Assembly (NCBI GenBank): GCA_023393635.1
Contig: JAEWKT010000052.1
Span: forward strand, 13,573 to 77,572
Direction of reading: 5' to 3'
DNA length: 64,000 bases
DNA from: Pseudomonadota bacterium
GTDB taxonomy: Bacteria > Pseudomonadota > Gammaproteobacteria > Pseudomonadales > Moraxellaceae
How positions within the stretch are numbered: the stretch's first letter is position 1; each line of letters opens with the position of its first letter. Below are positions 55,238 to 64,000 of the stretch, in pieces. The notes beneath the pieces are model-generated. The model did no database searches, was not told the origin of the DNA, and worked only from the letters and a program-made list of their open reading frames with translations. A program made the position numbers and the translations under genes.

Positions 55238-56794
55238 TTAATTACTACGAATCAGATAATCAAAAGCACTGAGCGCTGCTTTTGCGCCATCACCGCTTGC
55301 AATGATAATTTGCTTGTACGGTACAGTAGTGGCATCACCTGCTGCAAATACGCCAGGTGCTGAAGTTTCACCGCGCGCATCTACCACAATCTCACCGCGT
55401 GGTGACAGCTCAACCGCACTGTCTTTAAGCCAGTCAGTATTTGGCAACAAACCAATTTGTACAAAGATACCTTCAAGCTCAATGGTATTTGACGCATCGC
55501 TGATTCGGTCTTTATAGACCAAGCCAGTGACTTTTTCACCATCGCCTAATACTTCAGTGGTTTGCGCACTGGTCAATACGCGCACGTTGGGCAAGCTATG
55601 CAACTTTTTCTGCAACACAGCATCAGCACGCAACTGGCTATCAAACTCAATTAAAGTAACTTCTTTGACAATACCTGCCAAATCAATTGCTGCTTCTACG
55701 CCAGAGTTACCACCACCAATCACTGCCACACGTTTGCCTTTAAACAACGGGCCATCACAATGCGGACAGTATGCCACACCACGGGTTTTGTATTGCTGCT
55801 CACCAGGCACATTCATTTCGCGCCAGCGCGCCCCAGTGGATAAAATCACCGTGCGACTTTTTAAACTGGCACCATTTTCCAGTTCAATTTCAATTAAATC
55901 ATCTAAATCGCCAGTTTTAAGTGTTTTGGCACGTTGCAGATTCATAATATCTACGTCATACGTACGCACATGAGCTTCCAGCGCAGCCGCCAATTTTGGC
56001 CCATTGGTTTCTGGTACAGAAATAAAGTTTTCAATAGACATGGTATCCATGACCTGACCACCAAACCGTTCCGCCAGCACTGCCGTTTTAATGCCTTTGC
56101 GTGCTGCATAAACCGCCGCAGCCGCACCAGCAGGGCCACCACCAACCACCAATACATCAAACACGTCTTTGGCATTAATGGCATCAACAGCACGCGCATC
56201 ACTTGTCGTATCTAGCTTGGCAACAATTTCTTCCATAGTCATGCGACCCTGGCCAATGTGTTCGCCATCTTTAAATAGCATGGGCACCGCCATGATTTTA
56301 CGCGCTTCCACTTCCTCCTGGAAAAATCCGCCATCAATCATGGTTGCTTGGGTGTTTGGGTTATAAATGGCAATCACGTTGAGCGCCTGTACCACATCTG
56401 GACAGTTATGGCAGCTTAACGACACAAATACTTCTAAATTTGCGCCAAGCTTTAGGTTCTTAATTTGGTTTAAAAGCTCATCTGACACCTTAGGCGCATA
56501 ACCGCTCACCTGTAATAGTGCCAAAATAAGGGAGGTAAATTCGTGCCCCATGGGCAGGCCAGCAAAGTGCACACGCGGCTGCTCACCTTTTTTGGCAACT
56601 CCAAAGCTAGGGCGGCGGGTATTGTTGCCATCAAAACGCGCAGTCACCTGATCGGATAATTCGGCAACTTCAGTCACAAATTGTTTAATTTTTTCAGCTT
56701 TTTCAGAATCATCCAGGGAGGCCACAATATCAATCGGTGACTCTAAGCGCTGTAAGTAAGTGGCTAACTGGTCTTTAATGGCTTGTTCTAACAT
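55238..56794 (-). CDS. ahpF: Alkyl hydroperoxide reductase subunit F
   Basis: [29 protein letters not shown]. Confidence 0.98.
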   Translation of the reverse strand: MLEQAIKDQLATYLQRLESPIDIVASLDDSEKAEKIKQFVTEVAELSDQVTARFDGNNTRRPSFGVAKKGEQPRVHFAGLPMGHEFTSLILALLQVSGYAPKVSDELLNQIKNLKLGANLEVFVSLSCHNCPDVVQALNVIAIYNPNTQATMIDGGFFQEEVEARKIMAVPMLFKDGEHIGQGRMTMEEIVAKLDTTSDARAVDAINAKDVFDVLVVGGGPAGAAAAVYAARKGIKTAVLAERFGGQVMDTMSIENFISVPETNGPKLAAALEAHVRTYDVDIMNLQRAKTLKTGDLDDLIEIELENGASLKSRTVILSTGARWREMNVPGEQQYKTRGVAYCPHCDGPLFKGKRVAVIGGGNSGVEAAIDLAGIVKEVTLIEFDSQLRADAVLQKKLHSLPNVRVLTSAQTTEVLGDGEKVTGLVYKDRISDASNTIELEGIFVQIGLLPNTDWLKDSAVELSPRGEIVVDARGETSAPGVFAAGDATTVPYKQIIIASGDGAKAALSAFDYLIRSN

Positions 56795-56863
56795 ATCTTT
56801 TCTCCGTAGGGCTAAATATTTTCTCTATGAAACTATCATAGGCAATTTAACTCGATAGGTAAA

Positions 56864-56900
56864 ACAGTATAATTTTATCAAATTGATCGTTAAAACTGAT
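56864..56900 (-). promoter_or_regulatory. Putative OxyR site of the ahpF promoter
   Basis: ACAG-N7-TTAT-N7-ATCG-N7-TGAT follows the ATAG-N7-CTAT-N7-ATAG-N7-CTAT spacing and abuts a minus-strand TTTACC/TATGAT promoter. Confidence 0.65.
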
Positions 56901-56959
56901 TAATATAGAAAGTATTGTGGTTAGCTCGTGGCAAGTCTTTTAGCAAAGCCATTTAAAAC

Positions 56960-56988
56960 AAAAATCCGCCCAAGGTGAGCGGATTTTT
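56960..56988 (-). terminator. Terminator between ahpC and ahpF
   Basis: AAAAATCCGC-loop-GCGGATTTTT. Confidence 0.8.
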
Positions 56989-57079
56989 GTACTACTGGCT
57001 AACCAGTACATCGCGTTAACACAGACATGAGCCTACCTAGGAGTTAAGCCAATGCCATGGTCAACTCTACGATCATGGT

Positions 57080-57643
57080 TTAGATTTTACCAACCAAATC
57101 AATTGATGGCGCTAATGTTTCTTCGCCTTCTTTCCATTTTGCTGGGCAAACTTCACCTGGGTGTGCATGCACGTATTGTGCTGCTTTTACTTTACGCAGT
57201 AGTTCTTGTGCATCACGACCAATACCACCCGCAGTAATTTCTACAATCTGAATTTTACCTTCTGGATCGATTACAAACGTACCACGGTCAGCAAGGCCAG
57301 CTTCTTCAATTAACACGTCAAAGTTACGTGCCAAAGCCCAAGTTGGATCGCCAATCATTGGATATTGTAATTTACCAATCACGTCAGAGGTGTCATGCCA
57401 CGCTTTGTGGGTAAAATGCGTGTCCGTAGAAACAGAATAAATTTCTACGCCCAGCTTTTTAAACTCTTCGTAATTGTCAGCCAGGTCCCCTAGCTCGGTT
57501 GGGCAAACAAAGGTAAAGTCAGCTGGATAGAAAAATACAACAGACCATTTGCCTTTTAGATCCGCTTCAGAGACGTCTACAAAGTTACCGTTATGATAGG
57601 CAGTGGCTTTAAATGGTTTTACTTCGGAATTAATTAAACTCAT
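57080..57643 (-). CDS. ahpC: Alkyl hydroperoxide reductase subunit C
   Basis: [13 protein letters not shown] and [17 protein letters not shown]. Confidence 0.98.
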   Translation of the reverse strand: MSLINSEVKPFKATAYHNGNFVDVSEADLKGKWSVVFFYPADFTFVCPTELGDLADNYEEFKKLGVEIYSVSTDTHFTHKAWHDTSDVIGKLQYPMIGDPTWALARNFDVLIEEAGLADRGTFVIDPEGKIQIVEITAGGIGRDAQELLRKVKAAQYVHAHPGEVCPAKWKEGEETLAPSIDLVGKI

Positions 57644-57723
57644 TGATTGATACTCCTTAAATAAACATTATTTGAGCACTTGGTGCGTAGGGCTAAGATA
57701 GGCTGAAATAGACAATTGATCAA

Positions 57724-57760
57724 ACAGTAAATTCGCTTTAAAGCAATCGTTTTTTTCGAT
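57724..57760 (-). promoter_or_regulatory. Putative OxyR site of the ahpC promoter
   Basis: ACAG-N7-GCTT-N7-ATCG-N7-CGAT, in the same register as the ahpF site relative to a TTGATC/TATCTT promoter. Confidence 0.65.
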
Positions 57761-57868
57761 CAAGGGGCTGCCTACTTTAAAATCTTAAAACCTTTCTGGT
57801 GATGCCCAATAACACAAGCAAGAGCTTATGCTTTGAGCATCCCTAATAAAAACTAGCTCATTTCAACT

Positions 57869-58330
57869 TTATTTTTCAAAGTAAATATCAGCATCATTGC
57901 CTTCACCGCCCTCACGACCATCCGCACCAAATGAATATAAATCATAGGCGCGGCCATTGGAGCCTGGGGCGACATATTGTAAATCATTATCCCAACTGTC
58001 TTTTGGATAGCCACCCTTGACATAACCACCTGCCATCCAGTTTTTAGCACTACTGGGTTGATTAACCAGAGCATCCAGCCCCTCTTGGGTGTTCGGGTAT
58101 TTATTGTTATCAAGCTTATATTGATCCAGGGCACTGGCCACATTGGCTAAAGTAATTTTAGTGGTATCCACTTTGGCTTTTTCACCACGTCCCATCACGT
58201 TGGGAACAATCAGTGCCGCCAAAATTCCTAAAATGACTACCACTACCATCACTTCAATTAAGGTAAAACCTTGCTGCGCCCTGCGTTGCAATGCAGCACG
58301 TTTGATATGTATTGATTTCGATTTATTCAT
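57869..58330 (-). CDS. gspG: T2SS major pseudopilin GspG
   Basis: Prepilin G/FTLIE, YKLDN..YP...GL.AL, YSFGADG..GGEG..AD. Confidence 0.96.
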   Translation of the reverse strand: MNKSKSIHIKRAALQRRAQQGFTLIEVMVVVVILGILAALIVPNVMGRGEKAKVDTTKITLANVASALDQYKLDNNKYPNTQEGLDALVNQPSSAKNWMAGGYVKGGYPKDSWDNDLQYVAPGSNGRAYDLYSFGADGREGGEGNDADIYFEK

Positions 58331-58449
58331 GACACTTATATTCCAAAATAGCGTTATTCATTGATCCAGCGCGATTGTAGCTTAATTTTTGGTTGAGGCC
58401 ACGGCTGGCTATTTTATCTCTACAAACTTTTAACAGCATCAAACCCAAA

Positions 58450-59658
58450 TCAGACCAAGTTGTTCATATTTACAATAGGCAGCATCACCGCCATCACAAT
58501 GGTTAATACAATCCCTGCCATAAAGATGAGCATTAACGGTTCCAGCAAGGCAAGCAAGGTACTAATTAAGGTAGTCACTTCACGGTCTTGCATGGTAGCA
58601 GCACGCTCTAGCATATTGTCCAGTTCACCCGAGGCTTCACCACTACGAATCATTTGCACCATCATGGGTGGAAAATAACCACTGCGCTCCAGCTGAATAG
58701 CCAATGCACCGCCCTCGGTGACTTTATGTGCTGCTTGCTCAATGGCATCACGGATATGCCAATTGCTGGCCACTGCTGCCCCAATATGCAAGGCCTCAAC
58801 CAATGGCACCCCTGACTGGGTTAAAATAGACAAGGTGCTGGCAAAACGGGCTGAGTTAATACCGCGGCTCAGCTTTCCCATTAATGGCAAGCGTAAGGTC
58901 AAACGATCCATGGCATAACGGCCAGCTTCGGTGCGTACAAAACGTAATAGCAGCACCACAAACACCACACTGCCTACCAGCAAAAACGGCCAGGCTGTCC
59001 GAATAAAGTCACTGGCTCCCATTAAGGCGCGGGTAATCAATGGCAGTGCCTGCTTGGTATTGGCAAATACTTTAACAATGTCAGGTACTACGTAAGTCAT
59101 GAGTCCCATAATAATGGCAAATGACATCACCATCAGGAGTATAGGATAAATCATGGCGCCCTGAATTTTCTTTTGCATGGCAAAGCGGTTTTCGGTGTAA
59201 TCAGCCAATTGGTTTAAAATTAAATCCAGATGGCCTGATTTTTCACCTGCTGCAATAGTCGCAATATATAAAGGTGGAAAATTGCCTGCCTGACGAAAGG
59301 CTTGCGCCAATGAATGCCCTTCCATGACTTTGGCACGCACCGACAACAATAAACTTTGCACATGGCGTTTTTCAGTTTGCTTGGCCACAGCGCGTAATAC
59401 TTCTTCTAATGGAATACCTGCGGCAATCAGCACGCTTAACTGACGCGTTACCAGAGCCAGATCATAAGCACTCAGGCCTTTTTTTAGCCAGCGTTTGCCG
59501 TTTTCGGTGGTTTTATTTTCTTCTACAGGCTCTACCAGTACTGGCATCCAGCTTTTATCACGCAACTGCTGACGAATCTGACGGGCAGAGTCGCCTTCCA
59601 TCACGCCTTTATGTTGTTTACCACCGCTGTCCACTGCGGTAAATTGATATGCAGGCAT
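58450..59658 (-). CDS. gspF: T2SS inner-membrane platform protein GspF
   Basis: GDSARQIRQQLR, AGEKSGHL, GEASGEL, LLEP. ATG 59658 preferred. Confidence 0.95.
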   Translation of the reverse strand: MPAYQFTAVDSGGKQHKGVMEGDSARQIRQQLRDKSWMPVLVEPVEENKTTENGKRWLKKGLSAYDLALVTRQLSVLIAAGIPLEEVLRAVAKQTEKRHVQSLLLSVRAKVMEGHSLAQAFRQAGNFPPLYIATIAAGEKSGHLDLILNQLADYTENRFAMQKKIQGAMIYPILLMVMSFAIIMGLMTYVVPDIVKVFANTKQALPLITRALMGASDFIRTAWPFLLVGSVVFVVLLLRFVRTEAGRYAMDRLTLRLPLMGKLSRGINSARFASTLSILTQSGVPLVEALHIGAAVASNWHIRDAIEQAAHKVTEGGALAIQLERSGYFPPMMVQMIRSGEASGELDNMLERAATMQDREVTTLISTLLALLEPLMLIFMAGIVLTIVMAVMLPIVNMNNLV

Positions 59659-59906
59659 AGCAATAATGCTCAAAATGACGTTAAAAATCTGTTCCGATTA
59701 TGGTGGCTTTGCAGGCAAATAGAAAGTCATTCACTTTATAAAAAACAAATTAAAAAAAGCCAGACAAATCAAATGTCAGCATCAACCCCGCTTCAAGCCG
59801 ATTGTCCACTTGGCTGACAAACTGGTTAAACCACTTCAACCCAAGCCATGTTCAGCATAGAATGTATTAAACCCTAACCCGTACTTTTTAAGGATAATGT
59901 GTCTTG

Positions 59907-62282
59907 ATGCCGCAGCAGGCCGCAATTTTGGACTTTAACGACCCTGACCTGAACGAGGCTGTTACTGATGTGACCGTTGCCAAAGCCACTGTTTCTGACA
60001 GTACTGACATTCAAAGTATTGGCACGAAAGGCACGGTAGAGATGCAGCCCAATTTGGCAATTGAGGTATTAGCCAGCCAAACCATTATTATTAATGTTGC
60101 GCTGCCTGTGCCAGTGTTTGAAATCTTTAGCTACCGCGTGCCAGCCCATTTAATGCAGCAGTGGCCATTTGAGGTAGGCAGTCGGGTGTGCGTGCCATTT
60201 GGGCGCCGTGAACTGGTTGGGGTGTATTTGGGTCAATCTACGCGGCAAGATATTTTGCCTGAAAAACTAAAAGATATTAAAAGCGTTTTAGATGCAAAGG
60301 CCGTGCTATCCGATAATATTTTAAAATTAATGCACTGGTCAGCAGCTTATTATCATTATCCTATTGGGGAAGTGGTCAGTGCTGCACTACCCACTTTACT
60401 GCGTCAGGGTCGTCCGCTTAATTTATTGGCGCAATACTGGCGACTGACTGCACAAGCTGACCGTAATGCTTTAACACGTGCGCCCAAGCAACTTGAAACC
60501 TTTGATATTTTAAATTTACATGATGAACAAGGTGCCAGTGAAGCCGCTTTAATTTTGCTTGGTGCCAGTAAAAAACAACTGCAAAACCTGGAACAAAAAG
60601 GCATGGCAGAATGTTTCTTACAGAAAATTGAACATCAGCCACCCCGTATGACACTGGCAGAATTGCCCCTCACCCCAAATGGTGAACAGCAATATGCCAT
60701 TGATGAAATCAAAAAATACCTGGGCGAATTTAAAGGTATTTTGCTCGATGGCCTAACAGGCAGCGGCAAAACCGAAGTGTATTTGCAAGCCATGCAGCCT
60801 GTGCTGGAAGCTGGCCAGCAAGTGCTGGTTTTAGTACCAGAAATTGGCCTCACACCGCAAACACTTGAGCGTTTTAAATCACGTTTTCAATGTCATGTGG
60901 TTGCCATGCACTCTAATCTGACTGATGTCACCCGCTTACAAGCCTGGCAGGCCGCACAAAATGGTCAGGCACTGATTGTGATTGGTACACGCTCAGCAGT
61001 ATTTACACCCATGCCGCGTTTGGGTTTAATTATTATTGATGAAGAACATGATGTGTCCTTTAAACAACAGGACACCTTTCGCTACCATGCCCGTGATGTG
61101 GCCTTGCGGCGTGCGCAAACCACCCCCTGCCCCGTGATTTTAGGCTCGGCCACCCCTTGCCTTGAAAGCCTACATTTGGTCAATGAGAATAAACTGCTGC
61201 ATTTGCAACTGACTAAACGCGCGGGCAGTGCCGCATTGGCCAAAATTCAACTCATTGACCTCAAAAAACAAACGCGTGAGCATGGTTTGGCACGTGATTT
61301 AATTGAGGCCATTAAGCAGCGTCTAGCCAAACAAGAACAAGTGCTGATTTTTTTAAACCGTCGTGGCTATGCACCCATTTTGCTATGCCCGCAATGTGCC
61401 TGGCAGGCTGATTGCCCACGCTGTGATGCGCACCTAACCGTGCATTATCAGCCGTCCTCACATTTGCACTGTCACCATTGCAACTATCAAAGTCGGTTGC
61501 CGCAGGCGTGTCCATCGTGCCAATGCAACACCCTTACCCCAACTGGCATGGGCACCGCACGGGTTGAAGAAGGCTTAAAAGAGCTATTTGCCGATACCGA
61601 TATTTTACGCGTAGACCGTGACAGCACCAGCCGTGTGGGCAGTTGGGAACGTATTTATGCCCGTGCACATGAAGAAAAAGCCGCCATTTTACTGGGCACA
61701 CAAATGCTGGCCAAAGGTCATCACTTTCCTTATGTTACCTTGGTGGCGATTCTGGATGTCGATGGTGGATTTTTAAACGTGGACTTTCGTGCCCCAGAGC
61801 GCACCGCACAATTAATTTTGCAAGTCGCAGGTCGTGCAGGTCGTGGCCAAAAAGCAGGTTTGGTGCTTATTCAAACCTTCAAGCCAGAAAACCCCTTATT
61901 ACAAACGCTAATTCATGAAGGCTATGCTGCCTTTGCCAAGACCTGTCTGGCCGAACGCAAAGCCATGTTGCTGCCGCCGTATCGCTATACCGCGCTTATT
62001 CGTGCTGAAGCCATGCAGTCTGAGAAAGCCTTGGGGTTTTTGCAGCAGATTTTGGCCATGTTATATGCGCAGCCGCAAGCCAAGCAATTGGAAGTATGGG
62101 GGCCAGTGCCTGCACCCATGGAAAAACGTGCGGGCGTCTTTAGGGGTCATGCGCTTATATTTTGTGTGGATCGACGCGTCTTACATCAATTATTGGGTCA
62201 ATGGTGGTTGCAGGTCTGTAAGCTGCCCGAGCGACGCCAGATCCGCTGTTCTATTGATATAGACGCACAAGAATTAAATTGA
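59907..62282 (+). CDS. priA: Primosomal protein N' (PriA)
   Basis: GLTGSGKTE, PEIGLTPQ, DEEH, four CxxC pairs, QVAGRAGR. Start uncertain. Confidence 0.97.
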   Translation: MPQQAAILDFNDPDLNEAVTDVTVAKATVSDSTDIQSIGTKGTVEMQPNLAIEVLASQTIIINVALPVPVFEIFSYRVPAHLMQQWPFEVGSRVCVPFGRRELVGVYLGQSTRQDILPEKLKDIKSVLDAKAVLSDNILKLMHWSAAYYHYPIGEVVSAALPTLLRQGRPLNLLAQYWRLTAQADRNALTRAPKQLETFDILNLHDEQGASEAALILLGASKKQLQNLEQKGMAECFLQKIEHQPPRMTLAELPLTPNGEQQYAIDEIKKYLGEFKGILLDGLTGSGKTEVYLQAMQPVLEAGQQVLVLVPEIGLTPQTLERFKSRFQCHVVAMHSNLTDVTRLQAWQAAQNGQALIVIGTRSAVFTPMPRLGLIIIDEEHDVSFKQQDTFRYHARDVALRRAQTTPCPVILGSATPCLESLHLVNENKLLHLQLTKRAGSAALAKIQLIDLKKQTREHGLARDLIEAIKQRLAKQEQVLIFLNRRGYAPILLCPQCAWQADCPRCDAHLTVHYQPSSHLHCHHCNYQSRLPQACPSCQCNTLTPTGMGTARVEEGLKELFADTDILRVDRDSTSRVGSWERIYARAHEEKAAILLGTQMLAKGHHFPYVTLVAILDVDGGFLNVDFRAPERTAQLILQVAGRAGRGQKAGLVLIQTFKPENPLLQTLIHEGYAAFAKTCLAERKAMLLPPYRYTALIRAEAMQSEKALGFLQQILAMLYAQPQAKQLEVWGPVPAPMEKRAGVFRGHALIFCVDRRVLHQLLGQWWLQVCKLPERRQIRCSIDIDAQELN

Positions 62283-62383
62283 ATTTTATACCAGCCTAAT
62301 TAACATACAGCCCACGTGATTTTATTAATTTGGGATAATATGATCAGCTATTCTATGGCTCAAATGCTTAATTTATTGTTGTG

Positions 62384-64000
62384 ATGCCCATGCCACTATT
62401 ATTACAAGTCACTATTTTTTTAGGGGCTGCGCTACTGCTGGTACCTTTAGGCAAACGCTTTGGTTTAGCCACGGTACTGGGCTATCTGCTCACTGGCATT
62501 TTACTTGGCCCTTATGTTTTAAAAATTGAAAATAACACCGAATCCATCATGCAGTTGGCCGAATACGGCGTCATCATGCTGATGTTTTTAATTGGTCTGG
62601 AATTAAGGCCGCAACGCCTATGGCAATTAAGGCGCTCTATTTTTGTCATGGGTAGTCTGCAAATGGGTGCGACTGCCCTGGTATTTATGGCATTTAGCTG
62701 GCTGGTTTTGGGGTTAAGTATTAATGCCAGTCTGATTATTGGTTTTGGCCTCGCCATTTCTTCTACCGCCTTTGTATTGCAGCTTTTGGCAGAAAAAAAA
62801 CAACTGGTCAGTACCCACGGTCGCCAAGCATTTGCCATTTTGCTGTTTCAGGACATGGCTATTATTCCGCTACTGGCATTATTGCCATTGCTGAGTGGCG
62901 TAGACGGCGCCCATCATGGCATTGCCTACTTTGCCGCGGTGGTGGCCACATTTTCAGGCTTATTTTTATTTAGTCGCTATATCATGCGGCCATTTTTTCG
63001 CTTTGTGGCCAAAAGTGGTGCCAGCGAATTATTAACTGCCATTGCGTTATTTATTGTGCTGGGCGTGGTGCAGCTCATGAATCTGCTTGAGATTAGCACC
63101 ACCCTCGGCGCATTTTTAACGGGCGTGTTGCTTGCTGATTCTGAGTATCGGCATGAATTAGAGGCCAGTGTTCAGCCATTTAAAGGCTTGTTGCTGGGCT
63201 TGTTTTTTATGACCGTTGGCATGACTGTTCAGCTTAATTTATTAAGCGATATGCCCTGGATTATTATTGGCGGTGCACTGGGTTTGCTGCTGGTCAAATT
63301 TTTAGTATTGGCCGTGATTGGGCATTTGTCAGGCTATCGCTGGTCTACCAGTATTCGGCTTGGGGTATCGCTGGCGCAAGGCGGTGAGTTTGCTTTTGTA
63401 TTGTTTAGCAGTGCCACCCAGTACCGCATTTTGGAACAACATATTGCCGACCCCTTAACCCTGATTGTCACGCTATCCATGATACTTACACCACTGGCAT
63501 TTTTTGTATTAGAAAAATGGGGTGAGCCGCTCTTTAACAAGCATGCCACATCGCCCAAGTTTGACCATATCCCAGACCATCAGCATGCAGTGATCATTGC
63601 AGGTTTTGGCCGTATTGGACAAATTGTTGGCCGCTTGCTACGCATTCATAATATTGAATTTACTGCCGTAGACAAAAATATCAATCAGGTTAACTTTGTG
63701 CGTAAATTTGGTAATGCAGTGTATTATGGTGATCCCAAAAATCCTGAAATATTACGCGCCTCGGGTATTGCCAACGCCAGATTATTTATTTTGGCACTAG
63801 ATCATGTTGAAGATTCGATTCAGCTGGCCAAATATATTAAGCGCACCTACCCGCATATTAAAATTTTAGCCCGTGCCCGTGATCGGCAGCATGTTTATCG
63901 CTTGCGTGAAGCAGGGGTTGAACATATCTGGCGTGAAACTTATTTATCCGCGCTGGGTATGTCTTATGAAGCACTCATCAACTTGGGCATTGAGCCTAAA
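62384..64000 (+). CDS. CPA2-family K+/H+ antiporter (KefB/KefC-like), runs off the window
   Basis: Missing from the track because it has no stop in the window. Translated by hand: MPMPLLLQVTIFLGAA...LMFLIGLEL...AISSTA...LLFQD...QGGEFAF...KTN domain IAGFGRIGQ. Confidence 0.93.
   Translation, partial: MPMPLLLQVTIFLGAALLLVPLGKRFGLATVLGYLLTGILLGPYVLKIENNTESIMQLAEYGVIMLMFLIGLELRPQRLWQLRRSIFVMGSLQMGATALVFMAFSWLVLGLSINASLIIGFGLAISSTAFVLQLLAEKKQLVSTHGRQAFAILLFQDMAIIPLLALLPLLSGVDGAHHGIAYFAAVVATFSGLFLFSRYIMRPFFRFVAKSGASELLTAIALFIVLGVVQLMNLLEISTTLGAFLTGVLLADSEYRHELEASVQPFKGLLLGLFFMTVGMTVQLNLLSDMPWIIIGGALGLLLVKFLVLAVIGHLSGYRWSTSIRLGVSLAQGGEFAFVLFSSATQYRILEQHIADPLTLIVTLSMILTPLAFFVLEKWGEPLFNKHATSPKFDHIPDHQHAVIIAGFGRIGQIVGRLLRIHNIEFTAVDKNINQVNFVRKFGNAVYYGDPKNPEILRASGIANARLFILALDHVEDSIQLAKYIKRTYPHIKILARARDRQHVYRLREAGVEHIWRETYLSALGMSYEALINLGIEPK

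Overview
A 64-kb stretch of a Moraxellaceae-like chromosome (Acinetobacter/Alkanindiges-like, inferred from protein sequence and gene order), mostly core genome. It holds a Zn-independent L36 paralogue behind a perfect 28-bp Zur-type palindrome, a rearranged PNAG locus (pgaA-C-D on minus, pgaB alone and convergent), the gltA / sdhCDAB / sucAB-lpd-sucCD cluster, glyQS, hemW, a MATE pump, crcB, hemH, murI, ETF-QO, tusA, corC-lnt, ahpC and ahpF (each with an OxyR-type site), gspF-gspG, priA and the 5' part of a Kef-type K+ antiporter. The clearest accessory element is a ~1.8-kb AT-rich insert (48730-50560) bounded by a 9-bp direct repeat at the tusA/PhyH-gene junction. It carries a PAAR-fused putative T6SS effector broken by one in-frame TAA, an intact downstream lipoprotein (putative immunity) and a folded element covering the RBS of the next gene. 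Other candidates are a hairpin-rich sdhB-sucA spacer, a HopJ domain fused to a long acidic repeat tail, a TrmB paralogue with altered motifs and a stand-alone DUF4062 protein. I saw no rRNA, tRNA, CRISPR array, transposase or integrase. All calls were made by eye; no database searches were run.
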